Assembly (NCBI RefSeq): GCF_009914755.1
Contig: NC_060925.1
Direction: 5' to 3' (one strand)
Source of the DNA: the human T2T-CHM13v2.0 reference genome, Homo sapiens
Length of the DNA stretch: 64,000 nt
Position 1 is the stretch's first letter, and every line of letters starts with the position of its first letter. Made by a program: the position numbers and the translations under genes. Shown here one piece after another: positions 57,901 to 64,000 of this stretch. The notes beneath the pieces were generated by a model. That model was not told the origin of the DNA and ran no database searches. It worked only from the letters and a program-made list of their open reading frames with translations.

Positions 57901-59120
57901 GGTGAGACTCAGACCCCAAGGTTTCTGCTTTTGCTTTGTTCCTTCGAGATCTCCGTTCCCCCATGGGAGAGAAACCTCTCTGTCCCACCTGCCCTCCCCT
58001 CCCATCAGCTTTCAGATTCTCCAGCTGCTCCTCTTCTGAGACTCACCCAGTCTCATGCCTCCATTAGCCTCAACTCCCGACCCATGGCCTGTGGTGAGAG
58101 GTGCTAACAACATGACCTGCTTTCATCTTGACCTTCCCAGCCCACCCAGAGAAAAGGGAATCTTGGCTAAAAAAAGGCTGGAAGAGGGGAGAACCCTGGC
58201 ACTGCGGGTGGGGCTGGGAGGAGCCCAGGCAACCTTACTGGTGAGAATCTCATGGCTCTTCAAGGTGAATATGATGATGATTTCCCTGGGGTTTCTTTCA
58301 ATACTCAGAAGCCGCCCCGAGTTGGAAAGCACATGCATACTTGGGGAGGCCAGGGGAGGAAAAGGGGGGCGGCTCACTCTGACAGTAAATGAAGAAAGTG
58401 GAAACAAATTCAAGGAGCAGGCAGAGCTCCCGGTTTCACCAGAGCCCAACGGTTGGTAATAAGGATGAGAACAATGTGCCTTCACTTCCTGGGATCAGAA
58501 CAGCACATGGCCGCACATGTACGGGTATGCATGTGCTTCCATAATCATATACTTTCCCAGCTTCTACTCTGCCTGTGGTCTAATTTCAACTCCTTCAGCT
58601 GCTGTACCCACCCATAAAATTATGAGTGTAAAAGCACTTTGCAAACCCTGATACTCTATGAAGAAGTAAAAAGTAGTGCTGTAATTATTATCATTATTAT
58701 GTCCAATGGTTGAGGTTTCCGCTGCCCACCTGTCAGCTATGTGAGGCCTAAAGAGAGGGAGGGCTAGGCCATTCCTCAGCTTCTGAGGTTCCTGGCCCTT
58801 TTCCCCTTCCATCTGTCCACAGCTGACTGCTAAGCTGGATGCGTAGGGGAAAGCAGAGAAAAGGTGATTTACTGGGACACAGAGACACAGGCTGGAAGAG
58901 ATAGCATGTGTTTCCTTAAAATTTGAAGCATTTGGCTGGGCACAGTGGCTCACACCTGTAATCCCTGCACTTTGGGAGGTAAAGGCAAGAGGATTTCCTG
59001 GGCCCAAGAGTTAGAGGCTGCAGTGAGCTATGATTGTGCCATTGTACTCCAGCCTGGGAGACAGAAACCCCCTCTCTTAAAAAAATAAAAAAATAAAAAA
59101 TGGAACCATTGCTCTGAGTT
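54930..59120 (+). ncRNA. Possible divergent antisense lncRNA from the ARHGEF2 CpG island
   Basis: + strand donors at 55516 (GG|gtaagg) and 55573 (GG|gtgagt), acceptors at 56638 and 58560, AATAAA in an Alu tail near 59084-59098; an antisense gene here is only vaguely recalled. Confidence 0.3.
57265..57450 (+). mobile_element. MIR fragment
   Basis: AGCTGTGAGATCTTGGGCAA...GAATTAAATGAG. Confidence 0.55.
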
Positions 59121-59223
59121 TCTAATAGGGGGAGTGGTGGGAGGTGGCGATGGTGGGATGGGAGAAAGGGAACTGGAGAGGGCAGTGGGTCCCAAGCCTC
59201 CTGCTTCCCCAGCTGACTCCTAC

Positions 59224-59317
59224 CTTGGCCTTTCCGGTCATGCCCGAGAGGAAGCTGAAGGTCTGTCGCAGGGAGGAGCCTACCCGGGTACCTGAATGTC
59301 CTTCCAGCTGGCTGCAG
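59224..59317 (-). CDS. ARHGEF2: ARHGEF2 upstream exon, CSQLEGHSGTRVGSSLRQTFSFLSGMTGKAK
   Basis: Polypyrimidine tract + tgcag acceptor, AAG|gtagg donor, open frame ending in phase 0. Confidence 0.7.
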
Positions 59318-60510
59318 CTGCATAGAGAAAAAGAAGACATGAGGAGATGGAGGTAATGCTGGAAATGAAGAAAAAGATAACTTCCTGAGAGATGGTGGAT
59401 GAAGGTGCCATGACCAGCAGAGCCAGAATGGGAAGGAAGAAAGAGGAAGGATTGGGAGAGAAAGATAAGCCCCCATCCTGACCTCCTAGGACTTCCTGGA
59501 TGTGGGCATTTCAGTTTCCCAGGCCCCTCTATTTAGGAAGAAAACTCCAGGCTCCACCCAGATAAATACAGACTCCTCCTTCCTACCTAATCCAGGCTCA
59601 GGATGGGAGGCCCAGCCTCCTCATGCTGCTCCCCAACGGAAGTGGTATGGGGCGGAGGCTCTCCCGGGGGGCATTTTCTCCTCTCAGAACAAGAGCCCTG
59701 TGTACGACCCTCTCTGCTGTTTGGAGAAGGCCTCTGGGCCTAAAGCCAATAAGGACTGAATTTCCTGGGATTTCATCAGCCCCATCCCATGAGCTAATCC
59801 CAAACCCAGAGCCAGGAGGATGTGTCAGCTAGAGATTTTCAGGACCACAAAGCAGAGCCTGATATCTTAAAGGGACCATTACTTGCTTACACATCCACAC
59901 TGTCTTAGAGGGCTGACCCACTCTAATCAGGCTTCAGCCATAGGAGCCAAATAAGCAGGTGCTGATTTTGCATGCTTATTTACATAGTTATTCAAATCTC
60001 CCAGCCTCCACCTCCAGACCTGAACTCTGCCTTCAGGCCCTGCCCTCTGCTGGGAGCTCCACAGCCCTTGCCCAGCTCTCCTTAGGGCCAATCCCCATTG
60101 GTCTATTATCTGAGCCATCCTAAGCTGATCCATGGTCCTTGGTCATTGTCCCTCACTAAGACTGTTCAACAGTCTATCTGCCCTTTTACCCTATACCACT
60201 GACAACAGCAAGCAACTCCCATGCTCTATTATTCAATGGACACCCTGTGCCCTGGATACTCCTTTTCTCCTAATTTCTCCCCCCATCTCATGCAGCTACC
60301 GGGAACCTGGTGAGCCCACCCAAACCAAAGAAGAGAGGGTGAATTCTATGCAGCTCAGGGAAGGATATTTGGAGGTCTTAGATCAGAAATGTTAAGGGGA
60401 GGAATGATTCAGGAAGCAGGGAACCCACTGGGGCTACAAAACCATAGCCTAGACCCTATTGCTGTTCCCCTATAGAGGCTTTTGAAGGATTCTGAGTCCC
60501 CCACACTCAC

Positions 60511-60550
60511 CGTTTCCTGAGGTCAATGGCAGAGGACTGGGATACATTCC
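60511..60550 (-). CDS. ARHGEF2: ARHGEF2 upstream exon, (G)NVSQSSAIDLRK(R)
   Basis: ctccttttgtgttggcag acceptor, CG|gtgagt donor; phase-2 end joins the 59317 exon in an open frame. Confidence 0.6.
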
Positions 60551-61165
60551 CTGCCAACACAAAAGGAGATGAGAAGTGTCTAGCTAAAGCCAGACAAAGG
60601 CGCCCAGGGCTTCCTCCCCCACCCGCTTCACCTAGATCAGGTTCCCAAGCTGCAGGTGCATGTGACGCTATTCCTGAGGGCGGGCAGTGGGCAGCAGGGA
60701 GAGAGGGCGGGGTCTAAGCAGGGCAGAGCTGAAGAATTTAGGAGCCATGGGAACAGAGCACCGGGTTATGTGGAGACAGTGGCTGGGAGACTGATGTTTC
60801 AGAGGTTTCACCCAGAGCTCCCAATACTCCATCTTGAGGACAAGGTATATTGCAGGTAACTGTCTTGCATCTCTGGTGACAGGGGAGGCTGGAGAACCTC
60901 ACTATGTCCTATGTCCGCTTTCATTGGTAGGAGTTTCAGAATTCCAAAGTCCAGAATTCAGATTGCTTATTTGAATAAAGCCATTCTGAGGCCAGGCATG
61001 GTGGCTCACGCCTGTAATCCCAGCACTTTGGGAGGCCAAGGCAGGCGAATCACTTGAGCTCAGGAGTTTGAGACCAGCCTGGCCAACATGGTGAAACCCT
61101 TTCTCTACTAAAAATACAAAAATTAGCCGGGTGTGGTGGCGCGCTTCTGTAGTCCCAGCTACTCA

Positions 61166-61375
<210 letters not shown>

Positions 61376-61973
61376 CTAGCTATGAGGAGTGGCAACAAGA
61401 TGTATAGGGGAAGGGGCCACCTCTGCTTTGCTCCCTACTTTTGCTCACCATCTGTATCCGAACGGTCCAAGAGACAGTTGATGCCACTCACGGGTACAGA
61501 CTTGGAAAGCATGCCAGTGGCCGAGTGGTCCAAAGGGCCAGCAGATGGATGACAGGAATCCTGATCCTGGAATCATGTCAAGAGTCCTCACACCAAGGGC
61601 AGGCTTCATCTGTCCTCCCCTCATGCTCTTTACTTCCCCACAGCTTGGCCTCTCTTCAAATCCAGGCCTCCCACCCCTTTCCAAAACCCATATTGGGATA
61701 TTGCACTTTAAATAGTTGGGAAGTTACTCCGCTGTTTTGCAGTCATTACTCTGTTGCAGTTCAAGCCCAGGCTTTCTTAGTATATAAAAGTATCTAAGAA
61801 GAGAGATTTACCCTGAATGGTTTTCAGAGATGGCAAACTCAACCTATAGAGGCCAGCCAGGTAATGAAAAAAACAGGCAGGCCTGGCGCGGTGGCTCACA
61901 CCTGTAATCCCAGCACTTTGGGAGGCCGAGGCAGGTGGATCACAAGGTCAGGAGATTGAGACCATCCTGGCTA

Positions 61974-62241
<268 letters not shown>

Positions 62242-62330
62242 TTAGACAGCCTAAGTAAATAAATAGTTACATTATTTTTCATGGATAGATAAACTCAATA
62301 TTGGAAATAGGTCAATTCATCCTACATTAA

Positions 62331-62628
<298 letters not shown>

Positions 62629-62918
62629 ATTGAGCTCATCTTATGTGCCAGCCTCTGTGCTGAATACTTTGACACCTTTTGTTCATTTAATAATCACAAT
62701 TTTAAAAGACAATTTATTATTCTGATTTTCAGAAAGATAAAATAAATTGCTCAGCGGGTAAATAAATGAAGGATCTAGCAGTCAGTTCGACTCCGAAATC
62801 CTGTTCTTTCTACTGTAGTACATTGAAATGGGGATCAGGGGAGACATGCAAAGATGCTGATGGAGAAAAGCGGTTGATGGGATCACTTGAGGTCAGGAGT
62901 TTGAGACCAGCATGGTCA

Positions 62919-63102
<184 letters not shown>

Positions 63103-63495
63103 TCAAAAAATAAAAATAAAAAAAGCAGGTGATGGGATGACATGGAGTTTTTGTTTTGCTTTGTTTTGTTTTGTTTTGTTTTTTGCTGCTTCCCTGATAG
63201 GCTATATACTGCTCCCTTCAGCCTCTCCCCGAAACCACAGGCGCCCAAACAATGAGGCCAGGGTTGGAACCCCTGGCCAGCTAGATGATGAGCTGAAGGG
63301 GAGGCAACCTTTAGCCAGCAGACTTGAGACATCTCAGTGTACTCAGGGTCTGCTGGCTAGCAGGCCCAGTGGGGTCTCCAAAGCCCTTCTGTATCCTTAA
63401 TGGTCCTTAAACCCTGGTTGAAGATCCCCCCAGTTGTGTTTACTTAAGCCAGAAGGCTGGGCAATCTCTATATCCTTTCTCCATCGATCATCCTA

Positions 63496-64000
<505 letters not shown>

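Noticed and set aside
62780-62800. tRNA-like GTTCGACTCC box
   Set aside because: Lies in a MIR remnant; no cloverleaf

Overview
Human (primate) genomic DNA, recognisable as 1q22; Alu-rich, no prokaryotic features. It contains: (1) the 5' half of KHDC4 (KIAA0907/BLOM7) on the - strand, coding exons 1-7 at 10506 down to 1766, with the H/ACA scaRNA SCARNA4 in intron 6; (2) the intronless GPCR gene RXFP4 on the + strand (17843-18967); (3) the whole main isoform of ARHGEF2 (GEF-H1) on the - strand, 22 coding exons whose hand-mapped lengths sum to 2961 nt (986 aa + stop), with the 5'-tailed mirtron MIR6738 in intron 19. Repeats: about 70 Alus plus MIR, L1, MER3, MLT and a MER11 LTR at the right edge. 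Most notable observations: an array of candidate alternative N-terminal exons upstream of ARHGEF2 exon 2, all ending in phase 0, including two linked exons whose peptide resembles the pre-C1 region of the paralogues AKAP13 and ARHGEF28; a polyadenylated, repeat-flanked retrocopy of an ERV LTR 3' end; an exact 66-bp templated insertion between two Alus 3.6 kb apart; and an AluYa5-type element with no target-site duplication. Gene, RNA and repeat names come from recall, not database searches, and repeat boundaries are approximate.
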